64,000 nt of DNA. Origin: Candidatus Gastranaerophilaceae bacterium (GTDB taxonomy: Bacteria; Cyanobacteriota; Vampirovibrionia; Gastranaerophilales; Gastranaerophilaceae). Positions 45,595-54,251 of the stretch are shown in pieces. Made by a program: the position numbers and the translations under genes. How positions within the stretch are numbered: position 1 is the stretch's first letter; the number at the start of each line of letters is the position of its first letter. The stretch is taken from NCBI GenBank assembly GCA_045530955.1, contig JAZSDA010000059.1, forward strand, positions 669 to 64,668. Reading direction: 5' to 3'. The notes under the pieces are model-generated. The model searched no databases, was not told the origin of the DNA, and saw only the letters and a program-made list of their open reading frames with translations.

Positions 45595-45607
45595 TATATT
45601 TGTTATT

Positions 45608-45642
45608 AAAAAAAGCTGTAAGTTTAACTTACAGCTTTTTTG
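45608..45642. terminator. bidirectional rho-independent terminator between convergent genes
   Basis: AGCTGTAAGT / ACTTACAGCT stem flanked by an A-run and a T-run. Confidence 0.62.
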
Positions 45643-45662
45643 TTTATATGATTTTGCAGAAA

Positions 45663-46532
45663 CTAAGCTTTTTTAGTTTGATCTACTTGTTCTTGTTGAG
45701 CTTTTTTCTCATGCATTTTACGGCCGATGTAGTTAGCCGGTTTCATTACAAGAACTGGAACGATGTATCTGTAAACCATACCGAATACGAATAATGATTT
45801 CAATACGCCGATACCGTCAATTTGAGTTGTTAGTTTTTTGTTTTTCAAGATATCAAGGTTGAAGTCTCTGATATTTTTGAATTGTTTTCCGCTAAACTCT
45901 TTAAGAATTTTTGCAACTTCTTCTGTTTGCTTAGCTTCAGGAGTAAGATGTTTTTCCCAATCCTGCATCATTTGCTTCAAGTCTTTTGGATTCCAATCGC
46001 CGAATAGGTCTGTTCTTCTAGCCTCTGGGTTATCTAACAAGAAGTTGGCAGCAAATCTAGTTGTAACTTTGTCGCAAATATTACCAAGTTTAGAGTCTAG
46101 TAGATAAGCACCAGCTGTTGATAGTACCCAAGTTAAACCGTCGTTGATTGCTAAAGTTTTTCTTTTTTCAGGGTCAAGTTTGTCGTTTTGAAGTGTTCTC
46201 ATTACGTACATACCTGAAATTAAAGTAGAACCTAATGCTGACATGTGAGTTGTCATATTATTCCATTTTGGGCTACTAGTGTGTTCAACAATATATTTTG
46301 CAGCTTTACTGTTGTAGAATCTTGCATAATAGTTTTTAGCAATCCATTCAGTTAGTTTATCATACCAACCTTGAGCTTTAGGAGCTGCTGAACTTGCTAC
46401 TTCTTTTGCAACTGTTGCAAAACCTGTAAATTGAGGTTGGTAAGCTGATGTTGATGGAGCAATTTGTTTAAAATTAGCTGTGTATGCTCTATTTTGAGTC
46501 ATATTGTAATTTTGAGGTTTAATAACTTGCAT
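45663..46532 (-). CDS. hypothetical membrane protein, paralog B of a tandem pair
   Basis: 289 aa with SD AGGAGGTG. Three hydrophobic segments in the same order as the upstream gene, and a basic tail. The start codon overlaps the upstream stop. Confidence 0.6.
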   Translation of the reverse strand: MQVIKPQNYNMTQNRAYTANFKQIAPSTSAYQPQFTGFATVAKEVASSAAPKAQGWYDKLTEWIAKNYYARFYNSKAAKYIVEHTSSPKWNNMTTHMSALGSTLISGMYVMRTLQNDKLDPEKRKTLAINDGLTWVLSTAGAYLLDSKLGNICDKVTTRFAANFLLDNPEARRTDLFGDWNPKDLKQMMQDWEKHLTPEAKQTEEVAKILKEFSGKQFKNIRDFNLDILKNKKLTTQIDGIGVLKSLFVFGMVYRYIVPVLVMKPANYIGRKMHEKKAQQEQVDQTKKA

Positions 46533-47323
46533 TATTTAACACCTCCTTTTACTTCATCAAATGCGGAACTGCTAAGTTGAGTCTTTGCATAATCCATTTT
46601 TTGACTAGTTACTTCAGCAACTTGAGGAGCATCTTTTTTCTTTCCTTTTTCCATATGGAAAACGTATTTCAAAATTGGAGGAATCAATGCGATTGTCAAC
46701 ATTGCTTTTGGAATACCTAAAACTAGAGTATCAGGAATGAATTGAGCAATCTTACTTAATTTTTTGTAAGGCATTGATTTTTCAAGTTTTCTAGGTCCGA
46801 TTTTTTCTACACCTAGAACATCTTCAAGTCCTTTTAAGTATTTTTCAGGGTTTTCTTTAATTTTCTTAAACGCTGCACCGAATGGAGCCATAACGATTGA
46901 AGAAACTACGAAACCGATTACTGCAGAGGCAATTGCGTGAGATGCAGCATAGATACTGTCTTCTCTATCTTTGTCAGTTGCCATTGCTAAGTTAGTTGCT
47001 GGTCTTAAACCACCAGCTACAAAAAGAGCAACAAGTGCTTGACCGATTACTGATTGTTCTTCGAACATTGCGTTAATCCATTTGAATTTGTCAGAGCGTA
47101 GGATTTTATCACCAAATGTGTTACCTAAATTTACATAAGATTTAGCGGCAGCTCGGTTCATATTTATACCCGTAAAGCTGCCGCTATAATATCCTCTATT
47201 CACATTTTTGTTTTCGCACAAATCCGCACTCTCTTTGTTGTACTCAAGCACATTCGTATTCTGCCTATGCTTAAGTTTGGCTATCGAGCCGTTGGGATAA
47301 TTTTTAATTGAGTCTATATTCAT
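46532..47323 (-). CDS. hypothetical membrane protein, paralog A of a tandem pair
   Basis: 263 aa. Segments VIGQALVALFVAGGL, AIASAVIGFVVSSIVMAPF, LVLGIPKAMLTIALIPPIL, and a basic tail. Confidence 0.6.
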   Translation of the reverse strand: MNIDSIKNYPNGSIAKLKHRQNTNVLEYNKESADLCENKNVNRGYYSGSFTGINMNRAAAKSYVNLGNTFGDKILRSDKFKWINAMFEEQSVIGQALVALFVAGGLRPATNLAMATDKDREDSIYAASHAIASAVIGFVVSSIVMAPFGAAFKKIKENPEKYLKGLEDVLGVEKIGPRKLEKSMPYKKLSKIAQFIPDTLVLGIPKAMLTIALIPPILKYVFHMEKGKKKDAPQVAEVTSQKMDYAKTQLSSSAFDEVKGGVK

Positions 47324-47483
47324 TTCGCACCACTTAAATTAATAACTGCTACACATTTATTCTAAATCAAACAATATTTTTTTTTGTTATATAATTACGA
47401 AAATGTTACAATTAAATGTAAGAATTACGTTTAATAGGCTTTTTCTTAATATTGTTGAAATTAACAGAACTTTATATTAATAT

Positions 47484-48482
47484 ATGTGCAAGGAGAGATG
47501 GTTGACTTTGAGTAGTGGTACAGATATCAATTTGAAGCAAATAGCACAGGATTGCGGACTATTCAGTAATGCTGAAGTTGCTGTGGTTACTGAAAATATT
47601 GATAGACTCAAAGATTCTTATGATAATAAATCTCTTATTAATATATATAATTACATGCTCTGTCATGCTACAGAACCTGATGTGATTATGCATTTAATCC
47701 GTTGTGTAGATATGTTTAGGGACAGTTCAAGTCTTGAATATTTGGTTGATATTTTGCTTTTAAAAAATGCAAATTCAGCTGAGCCTGAAATAAAAGAAAA
47801 GTATGTAAACGTTCGAGTAATGTGTGCTAAGGCTATTGCAAATCAGAAAAATACCGATGTAGTTTCTTCTTTGTTATATTGTTTGAATAATAAGGATGAA
47901 AACTATCGTGTAAGATTGGCATGTGCTGATGCATTAGGTCGAATTGGTGATAGATTTGCAGTTGCACCTTTAATCGATGTTGTAACAGATGAGGATGAAA
48001 AATCTGTTTATCTTAGAGAATCAGCAGTTTCAGCGTTAGGTTTGTTGGGTGATGCAAGAGCAATTGATCCTTTGGTAAGTATTTTAGAAACCAAAAAAGG
48101 GATTATGGATAAGTTTTCTTTCTTGAAAGAACGTGCAATTGAGGCTCTATCTAAGATGGGCTTTAATGATAATGAAAGAGTATTTAAGGCTTTGAAAAAC
48201 TCATTAATGGATGAATCTGCTCAAGTTCGAATCAATGCAATTGAGGCGTTGATGGATAGTGAGCATCCTAAAGCATATGAAACAATTAAAGAATGTTTAG
48301 AAAAAGATTTGGATGTTGAAGTTCGAAAAAATGCCATGATTGCATTGTATAATATTTCGGACAGAAGTATTTTGGATGAAGTTATAAATTCTCCGAATTA
48401 TCCTGATTTATTGAAAATGGAAGCCGTTGCGATAATAGAAGAATATGAAAACGGTGATGATGAGGATTATGAAGATGACTAA
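47484..48482 (+). CDS. HEAT-repeat (PBS-lyase-type) protein
   Basis: Repeated V-R-x-x-A-x-x-A-L-G-x-I/L-G-D units (VRLACADALGRIGDRFAVAPLI, LRESAVSALGLLGDARAIDPLV, VRINAIEAL, VRKNAMIAL) and an acidic tail. The start could be TTG 47502 after SD AAGGAGAG. Confidence 0.75.
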   Translation: MCKERWLTLSSGTDINLKQIAQDCGLFSNAEVAVVTENIDRLKDSYDNKSLINIYNYMLCHATEPDVIMHLIRCVDMFRDSSSLEYLVDILLLKNANSAEPEIKEKYVNVRVMCAKAIANQKNTDVVSSLLYCLNNKDENYRVRLACADALGRIGDRFAVAPLIDVVTDEDEKSVYLRESAVSALGLLGDARAIDPLVSILETKKGIMDKFSFLKERAIEALSKMGFNDNERVFKALKNSLMDESAQVRINAIEALMDSEHPKAYETIKECLEKDLDVEVRKNAMIALYNISDRSILDEVINSPNYPDLLKMEAVAIIEEYENGDDEDYEDD

Positions 48483-49143
48483 ATCAATAGTCCTTTTATC
48501 TGGTGGTTTGGATTCTTTAGTAAGTTTAGGGTTAAAGAAAAATGAGTTAAATGTTTCTTTGGCTTTGACTTTTGATTATGGACAAAAATCTGCCCAACAA
48601 GAGATTGACGCATCAAAAAAGATTTGTGATTATTATGGTATTGAGCATGTAGTTATCAAACTTGATTGGCTTAAGAATATTACTCAAACAGCCTTGGTAT
48701 CTGATGCAGATGTTCCGACAGGTGATGCGTTAAATGATGGCATGCAGTCTATGAAATCGGTTTGGGTACCAAACAGAAATGGTTTGTTTTTAAATATTGC
48801 GGCAAGTTATGCTGATTCATATGGATATGATTACATTTTAATAGGTGCAAATAAAGAAGAATCTCAAACTTTTTCTGATAATACACAAGAATTTATTGAT
48901 GCGGTTAATAAAGAATTTGAATATTCAACACAAAAAGCTCCGAAAGTTGTGGCACCCTTGATAAATTATGTTAAAAATGATATAGTCATGTTAGCTTTAG
49001 ATAGTGGTATTCCGTTAGAATTAACAAGAAGTTGCTATCAGGGTGGAGAAAAACATTGTGGGATATGTGAATCATGTGTTAGGTTAAAGAATTCACTTTT
49101 AGCTAATCATGATGAGAAATATATAAAGGTTTTATTTGAATAA
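48475..49143 (+). CDS. queC: 7-cyano-7-deazaguanine synthase
   Basis: PP-loop VLLSGGLDS, VPNRN, zinc site SCYQGGEKHCGICESCVRL. ATG 48475 overlaps the HEAT gene stop (ATGACTAA). Confidence 0.9.
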   Translation: MTKSIVLLSGGLDSLVSLGLKKNELNVSLALTFDYGQKSAQQEIDASKKICDYYGIEHVVIKLDWLKNITQTALVSDADVPTGDALNDGMQSMKSVWVPNRNGLFLNIAASYADSYGYDYILIGANKEESQTFSDNTQEFIDAVNKEFEYSTQKAPKVVAPLINYVKNDIVMLALDSGIPLELTRSCYQGGEKHCGICESCVRLKNSLLANHDEKYIKVLFE

Positions 49144-49144
49144 G

Positions 49145-49699
49145 ATGAAGACATTATTTATTGATGAAGAAATTAAGTATATAGGTTCACAGTTAGCTCC
49201 TCATTGGATTTATAAGAATTTTAAAATTCAGGGTGATGCAATTGTTGCATTTTGTGGAGAGTGTGAAGTTAAACTTACTGAAATGGTTGATATTGAAGAT
49301 GTTATTAATAATGAACCTATTTATAGTAAGTACATGCTAAGTTTTATTTCTGAGCAGTTTAATGTAGAACTTGTTGAGGGTGTATTCAGACAACGCCTTT
49401 TGATGTGTTGCATTAAAGAAGCTCTTGAAAAAAGAGGGTTTAAGGTTTCAAGAAATGGTGATGATTTATTTGTTAATGACAGAAAATTGTCAGTTTCTAT
49501 TGCGACCAAATCAGTTACTTCAGTATTGATTCATACAGGTGTAAATATATTATCTGATGGTGCTCCAATTCCGGTTTCAGCTTTGAAAAGTGATTTGGGA
49601 ATAGAAGATATTAAAGAATTTGCACAAGAAGTTATGAAAAATTATAGTGAAGAAATTGATGATATAGTTCTTGCAAGTACAAAGGTTAGAGGTGTTTAA
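49145..49699 (+). CDS. hypothetical protein translationally coupled to queC
   Basis: About 184 aa. The ATG lies 1 nt after the queC stop, and the stop overlaps the next start (TAATG). From memory it may resemble the DUF366 family; unverified. Confidence 0.6.
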   Translation: MKTLFIDEEIKYIGSQLAPHWIYKNFKIQGDAIVAFCGECEVKLTEMVDIEDVINNEPIYSKYMLSFISEQFNVELVEGVFRQRLLMCCIKEALEKRGFKVSRNGDDLFVNDRKLSVSIATKSVTSVLIHTGVNILSDGAPIPVSALKSDLGIEDIKEFAQEVMKNYSEEIDDIVLASTKVRGV

Positions 49700-50460
49700 T
49701 GCTTAAAAATGCTGATAAAACTGAACAAACTTCTCATTTTACATATGAGGAATATAAAAGAAAATCTAATAAAGGAGCAAGCAAAGATATTTTAGTTTTT
49801 GTTTCAGTGTTTGCTGTTGGTTTAATTGTGCTTTTAGGTTTTGCAAAAGTTTTATCACCAAATGTTGATGTTGCAATTAGTGTTGATAATGAAATTGCAG
49901 CAATGGAAGAAGAAGCACGTACCGCCGCTATTGATGAACGTTTACGTCATTTGAAGATGGAAGATGAAGGTATTGAAGTTGATGAAGATGCTGAAAAAAT
50001 GTTCTCTCCTGAATTAGATGAAAAAGTTGTTTTGCCTAATCAAAGGAAAAAAACTGTGGGTGAAATCGAAGCTGAAAAAGCTTCTAAAAATCTAACAACA
50101 GAAGATTTGGCAAAGGCTAGCGATTCAGTGAATACATTCAAACCAGTATCAAAAGAAGAAGCTGAAGAAATTGTAAAAGAGGTAAAAGTTCAACAAGCTC
50201 AAAAACCTCAAACTCCACCTGCACCAACACCTGCAAAACCTACTATTACAAGAGTTGTTGTCGGTTATTATGCAACAGAAAAACAAGCAGAAGTTGCTAA
50301 ATCTATTATTCAAGATGCTGGGGTTGGAGTTACTCCTATCGTTAAAAATATTGGGGGCTATTATACATTGCAAGTTGGCTCTTATTCAACAAAAGAAGCA
50401 GCTCAAGCTGCAGCTAATAATTTGTTGAAAGCTAATTTCCCTGCAAGAATTCTTGAATAA
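49699..50460 (+). CDS. SPOR-domain membrane protein
   Basis: N-terminal TM (ILVFVSVFAVGLIVLLGF), acidic/Pro-rich linker. C-terminal SPOR-like repeat: VVVGYYATEKQAEVAKSII..GGYYTLQVGSYSTKEAAQAAANNL. Confidence 0.75.
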   Translation: MLKNADKTEQTSHFTYEEYKRKSNKGASKDILVFVSVFAVGLIVLLGFAKVLSPNVDVAISVDNEIAAMEEEARTAAIDERLRHLKMEDEGIEVDEDAEKMFSPELDEKVVLPNQRKKTVGEIEAEKASKNLTTEDLAKASDSVNTFKPVSKEEAEEIVKEVKVQQAQKPQTPPAPTPAKPTITRVVVGYYATEKQAEVAKSIIQDAGVGVTPIVKNIGGYYTLQVGSYSTKEAAQAAANNLLKANFPARILE

Positions 50461-51039
50461 TTAGCGTTTACCTTGTAGTGCTGCTAAAATGCCGTTACTT
50501 TCATCTGCAAGTAACTCTAACATTGTTCGGTTGCTCATTTCTGAAAATTCAAGTTCTGTTAATTCTGATTCTAGATTTTCAGCTTTAATTCGTTTTGCAA
50601 AATCAATAAAATCGTTAAAATATTCTCTGCGTTGTCCTGCTGTTAGTTTTGTATTTGCAATTGATTGCAATTCTTCAAGAGTTTTTCCTTTTTTAACTTC
50701 TTTTGAAATTATTTGTTTGAATAGTTTGCACTCATTGTAATTGAAATTTAAATAATGAGCATTTAGAAGTTGTTCAGATAATGTTTTTGCTCTTGAAACC
50801 AAACTGAAAATTATTTTATGCCCAGGGAAAGCGGGATTTGATATTTCAAATTTTCCGCTTTTACGTAATTCAAGAATGGTGTTTTCTTCTATCCATTCTT
50901 CAAAATTTTTGCTAAAAGTATCTTCAAATTCTGCAAGTTTTTGTTTGCTCCCGCCAAAATCCTTTTTTAGTAATGTAGATTTTAGATTAGGACCAAGTTT
51001 TGCTTGAAATGATAAATTATCATAATTGTTTATTTGCAT
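50461..51039 (-). CDS. hypothetical protein, tandem paralog 2 (192 aa)
   Basis: The N-terminus MQINNYDNLSFQAKLGPNLK aligns with the upstream gene's MEISNNYNVNFGAKFGPNLK. Similarity continues through EDTFSKNF/EDTFNKIH and SRAKTLSEQLL/PRKSTLSQRIL. Confidence 0.6.
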   Translation of the reverse strand: MQINNYDNLSFQAKLGPNLKSTLLKKDFGGSKQKLAEFEDTFSKNFEEWIEENTILELRKSGKFEISNPAFPGHKIIFSLVSRAKTLSEQLLNAHYLNFNYNECKLFKQIISKEVKKGKTLEELQSIANTKLTAGQRREYFNDFIDFAKRIKAENLESELTELEFSEMSNRTMLELLADESNGILAALQGKR

Positions 51040-51608
51040 GATCTTGATTTTGATTTTGATTTTGATTTTGCTATTTTTATTTGTTCGATAATATTGTTTC
51101 GTTTTGATTCTAATTCATCATTAATTGTTTCAATATTATTAAGGGTTCTTGTAATGTCATCTTTTAAAGATGTATAAAAATCAATTTTAGCATCCGTAAT
51201 TTCAGAAGCCGGTTTACACGCTTCTGATAAGAGTACCATTTTTAGAGTTTCAGTTGACTTATAGTTTTCTTCTAAGTTTTGATATGCTACTTCAGTTTGA
51301 GCAACGATATATTTGATAGCAGGGATGTCAAGAATTCTTTGGGATAATGTTGATTTTCTTGGAACTTTTACCAAAATATTTGATTTGATTTCAGGGCAAA
51401 GTTCGTGTGATATTACAAGTCTTTCGTTATTAGCATGTTCTATCGTTAACCCTTCTAAAAGATAATCATCGTGAATTTTGTTAAATGTGTCTTCTACAAA
51501 ATCTGCGTATAAAGGGTTGCCATTCCCTTCTCGTTTGTTTAGTTGCTTTTTCAGATTTGGTCCAAATTTTGCACCAAAATTTACATTGTAGTTATTTGAA
51601 ATTTCCAT
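51030..51608 (-). CDS. hypothetical protein, tandem paralog 1 (192 aa) with (KS)n tail
   Basis: Same length as, and alignable with, 50461-51039. The C-terminus is KSKSKSKSRSCK. The stop overlaps the downstream start by 10 nt. Confidence 0.6.
   Translation of the reverse strand: MEISNNYNVNFGAKFGPNLKKQLNKREGNGNPLYADFVEDTFNKIHDDYLLEGLTIEHANNERLVISHELCPEIKSNILVKVPRKSTLSQRILDIPAIKYIVAQTEVAYQNLEENYKSTETLKMVLLSEACKPASEITDAKIDFYTSLKDDITRTLNNIETINDELESKRNNIIEQIKIAKSKSKSKSRSCK
51044..51070. repeat. hexanucleotide tandem repeat (TTGATT)x4 plus partial unit
   Basis: Direct reading of 51044-51070. It encodes the KSKSKSKS tail on the minus strand. Confidence 0.85.
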
Positions 51609-51696
51609 TTTTATTCCTCTTTTTTTTACAATAAAATCCCTAAATAAAAATTTTTGCTAAAGGTAAATATTACTTTAAATTGTATTGTCTTATTTG

Positions 51697-51725
51697 TTGA
51701 TATTTTAGTATGTTTTACATATAAT
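51697..51725 (+). promoter_or_regulatory. near-consensus sigma-70 promoter placed for a leaderless kdsA mRNA
   Basis: TTGATA (51697-51702), 17-nt spacer, TATAAT (51720-51725). The kdsA ATG begins 7 nt after the -10 box and no SD is present. Confidence 0.45.
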
Positions 51726-51731
51726 TTTTGT

Positions 51732-52556
51732 ATGGAAAATATTAAGAGAATTAAATTAAGGGATTTTGAAATCGGTGGGGATAAATTAACTATTCTTGCT
51801 GGTCCTTGTGCTATTGAAAGCCAAGGAATTTTAGACGAAACCGCTCAAGGTTTAAAAGAAATTACAAAAGAATTGGGTATTAATTTTGTATTCAAGTCAT
51901 CTTTTGATAAGGCAAATCGTTCATCAATTACATCTTTCCGTGGTCCTGGTATGGAAAAAGGCTTAGAGATGTTGCAATTGGTGAAAGAAAAATACGATTT
52001 ACCGATTGTTACTGATATTCATACTCCTGATCAGGCAAAACCGGTTGCTGAAGTTGCGGATATTTTGCAAATTCCTGCGTTTTTATGTAGGCAGACAGAT
52101 TTGCTTGTTGCAGCAGCTGAAACAGGTAAGATTGTGAATATTAAAAAAGGTCAATTTTTAGCACCTGAACAAATGGGTAGTCTTGTTAAAAAGGTTGAAG
52201 ATTCAGGTAATACAAATATTATGTTGACTGATAGAGGTTCATCTTTTGGATACAATAATTTGGTATCTGATTTTAGAGGAATACCTATTATGCAACAGTT
52301 TGGTTATCCAGTTGTATTTGACGCTACTCACAGTGTTCAATTGCCTGGTGCAAACGGTATTTGCTCAGGTGGGGATAGAAGATTTGTTCCTGTTTTAGCA
52401 AAAGCCGCAATGGCAGTTGGTGCAAATGTTTTATTCTTCGAAGTTCACCCTGATCCTGATAAAGCAAAATGCGATGGGCCAAATATGGTTGCATTGAAAG
52501 ATGCTAAAGAATTGTTTGCTACTTGTAAGAAAATTTTTGAAGTAGTTAGAGGATAG
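51732..52556 (+). CDS. kdsA: 3-deoxy-8-phosphooctulonate (KDO-8-P) synthase
   Basis: AGPCAIES, FKSSFDKANRSS, LQIPAFLCRQTDL, DATHSVQLPG motifs. ATG 51732 chosen; the track TTG 51654 adds 26 hydrophobic junk residues. Confidence 0.92.
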   Translation: MENIKRIKLRDFEIGGDKLTILAGPCAIESQGILDETAQGLKEITKELGINFVFKSSFDKANRSSITSFRGPGMEKGLEMLQLVKEKYDLPIVTDIHTPDQAKPVAEVADILQIPAFLCRQTDLLVAAAETGKIVNIKKGQFLAPEQMGSLVKKVEDSGNTNIMLTDRGSSFGYNNLVSDFRGIPIMQQFGYPVVFDATHSVQLPGANGICSGGDRRFVPVLAKAAMAVGANVLFFEVHPDPDKAKCDGPNMVALKDAKELFATCKKIFEVVRG

Positions 52557-52569
52557 TTGGAGCATTGTT

Positions 52570-53199
52570 ATGATTACCATAAAAACATTTGTTGAAGGAC
52601 CTATTGATGCTAATAACTATCTTGTGATTGATGAAGAATCAAAAGAAGCTGTTCTTATTGATTGTTCATCTCCAAGAGCTGAATTCGTTCAGGCAATCAA
52701 AGATAGTGGAGTAAACCTTAAACAAATTCTTTTAACACACGGTCATTTTGATCATTTGTTGGGTGTTGAGGGTTTTAAAGAGGCTTTAGGTGTGGATGCT
52801 TATATTTCAGAAGATGATATGAATCAAGTAAAACTTATGCCTGATATGCTTCAAATGTTTTTAGGTATGATGGGTTGCAAAACTCCTAATATGGCTGGAT
52901 TTATAAAAGATGGCGATGTTATAAAAATCGGCAATACTGAAATTAAAGCTATTGCAACACCAGGACACACTAATGGTGGAATGTGCTATTTAGTAGAGGA
53001 TAAACTTTTCTCAGGTGATACTTTATTCCAAGGAAGTTGTGGAAGATGTGATTTGCCAGAGGGTGATTTTGGTACAATTGTAAAAAGTATTAAAGAAAAA
53101 CTGTTTACGTTGCCTGAAGAAATCGAAGTTTTTCCTGGGCACGGTCCAAAAACTACAATAGCTCACGAAAAGAAATTTAATGATATTGTAAATTATTAG
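52570..53199 (+). CDS. MBL-fold metallo-hydrolase (glyoxalase II-like)
   Basis: THGHFDH motif, later TPGHT and GDTLF, 209 aa. Confidence 0.85.
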   Translation: MITIKTFVEGPIDANNYLVIDEESKEAVLIDCSSPRAEFVQAIKDSGVNLKQILLTHGHFDHLLGVEGFKEALGVDAYISEDDMNQVKLMPDMLQMFLGMMGCKTPNMAGFIKDGDVIKIGNTEIKAIATPGHTNGGMCYLVEDKLFSGDTLFQGSCGRCDLPEGDFGTIVKSIKEKLFTLPEEIEVFPGHGPKTTIAHEKKFNDIVNY

Positions 53200-53210
53200 A
53201 GGGATAAAAA

Positions 53211-54251
53211 ATGAAGGAACAATTAGAAAAAATATATGCTGATGCTTCTGCGGATATTGAAAAAGCAGTTTCAGTGAAAGATTTAGAAGATATCAAATTT
53301 AAATATTTGAGTAGAAAAGGTGAATTTAACGAAATCAAAAAAGGGTTGAAAGACTTATCACCTGATGATAAAAGAATTGTAGGTTCTTTGGCAAATGAAA
53401 TTACTCAAAAATTAGAGTCTTCAATTTCTGAAAAATTCCAAGTTTTTTATGAACAAGAATTGAATAAGAAGTTAGAAAAAGAAAGACTGGATGTAACTTT
53501 GCCTGGTCAATTTGTTCCACGTGGTCATGTTCACCCTCTAACTTCAACAACAAATGAAATCGTTTCAATTTTCCAAAGTTTAGGTTTCTCTGTTGCTCCA
53601 AACGAAAATTCTCCTGAAGTTGAAACTGAATATTTTAACTTTGATATGTTGAATGTTCCAAAAGATCACCCAGCAAGAGATGTACAAGATACATTCTTTA
53701 CTAATGTTGCAGATAACGTTGTTTTAAGAAGCCAAACTTCAGGTGCTCAAATTCACGTTATGGAAGACCAAAAGCCTCCTATTAGAATTATTGCTCCTGG
53801 TAGAGTTTATAGAAACGAAAATATCAATTCTCGTAAAAACAACTTCTTTCACCAAATCGAAGGTCTTTATGTAGATAAAGATATTACATTCGGTGATTTG
53901 AAAGGTGTTTTAAATGAATTCATCAGAATTTATTTTGGAGCAAGCCGTCCTACAAGATTTAGAAACAGCTTCTTCCCATTTACTGAACCATCAGCTGAAA
54001 TTGATGTTCAATGTATTATGTGTGAAGGTAAAGGTTGCAGAACTTGCTCAGGTACTGGTTGGTTAGAAATCTTAGGTGCAGGTATGGTTGACCCTAACGT
54101 ATTACGTGGTGTTGGTATTGATCCTGATGTTTATTCAGGTTTTGCATTTGGTATGGGGGTTGAAAGACTTGCTATGCTTAAATATGCAATTGACGATATC
54201 AGATTGTTCTTCAATAACGACGTAAGATTTTTAGAACAATTTAAGGGGTAA
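53211..54251 (+). CDS. pheS: phenylalanine--tRNA ligase alpha subunit
   Basis: Class II motifs (HPARDVQDTF, RIIAPGRVYRNE, FFPFTEPSAE, GFAFGMGVERLAM). pheT does not follow it. Confidence 0.95.
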   Translation: MKEQLEKIYADASADIEKAVSVKDLEDIKFKYLSRKGEFNEIKKGLKDLSPDDKRIVGSLANEITQKLESSISEKFQVFYEQELNKKLEKERLDVTLPGQFVPRGHVHPLTSTTNEIVSIFQSLGFSVAPNENSPEVETEYFNFDMLNVPKDHPARDVQDTFFTNVADNVVLRSQTSGAQIHVMEDQKPPIRIIAPGRVYRNENINSRKNNFFHQIEGLYVDKDITFGDLKGVLNEFIRIYFGASRPTRFRNSFFPFTEPSAEIDVQCIMCEGKGCRTCSGTGWLEILGAGMVDPNVLRGVGIDPDVYSGFAFGMGVERLAMLKYAIDDIRLFFNNDVRFLEQFKG

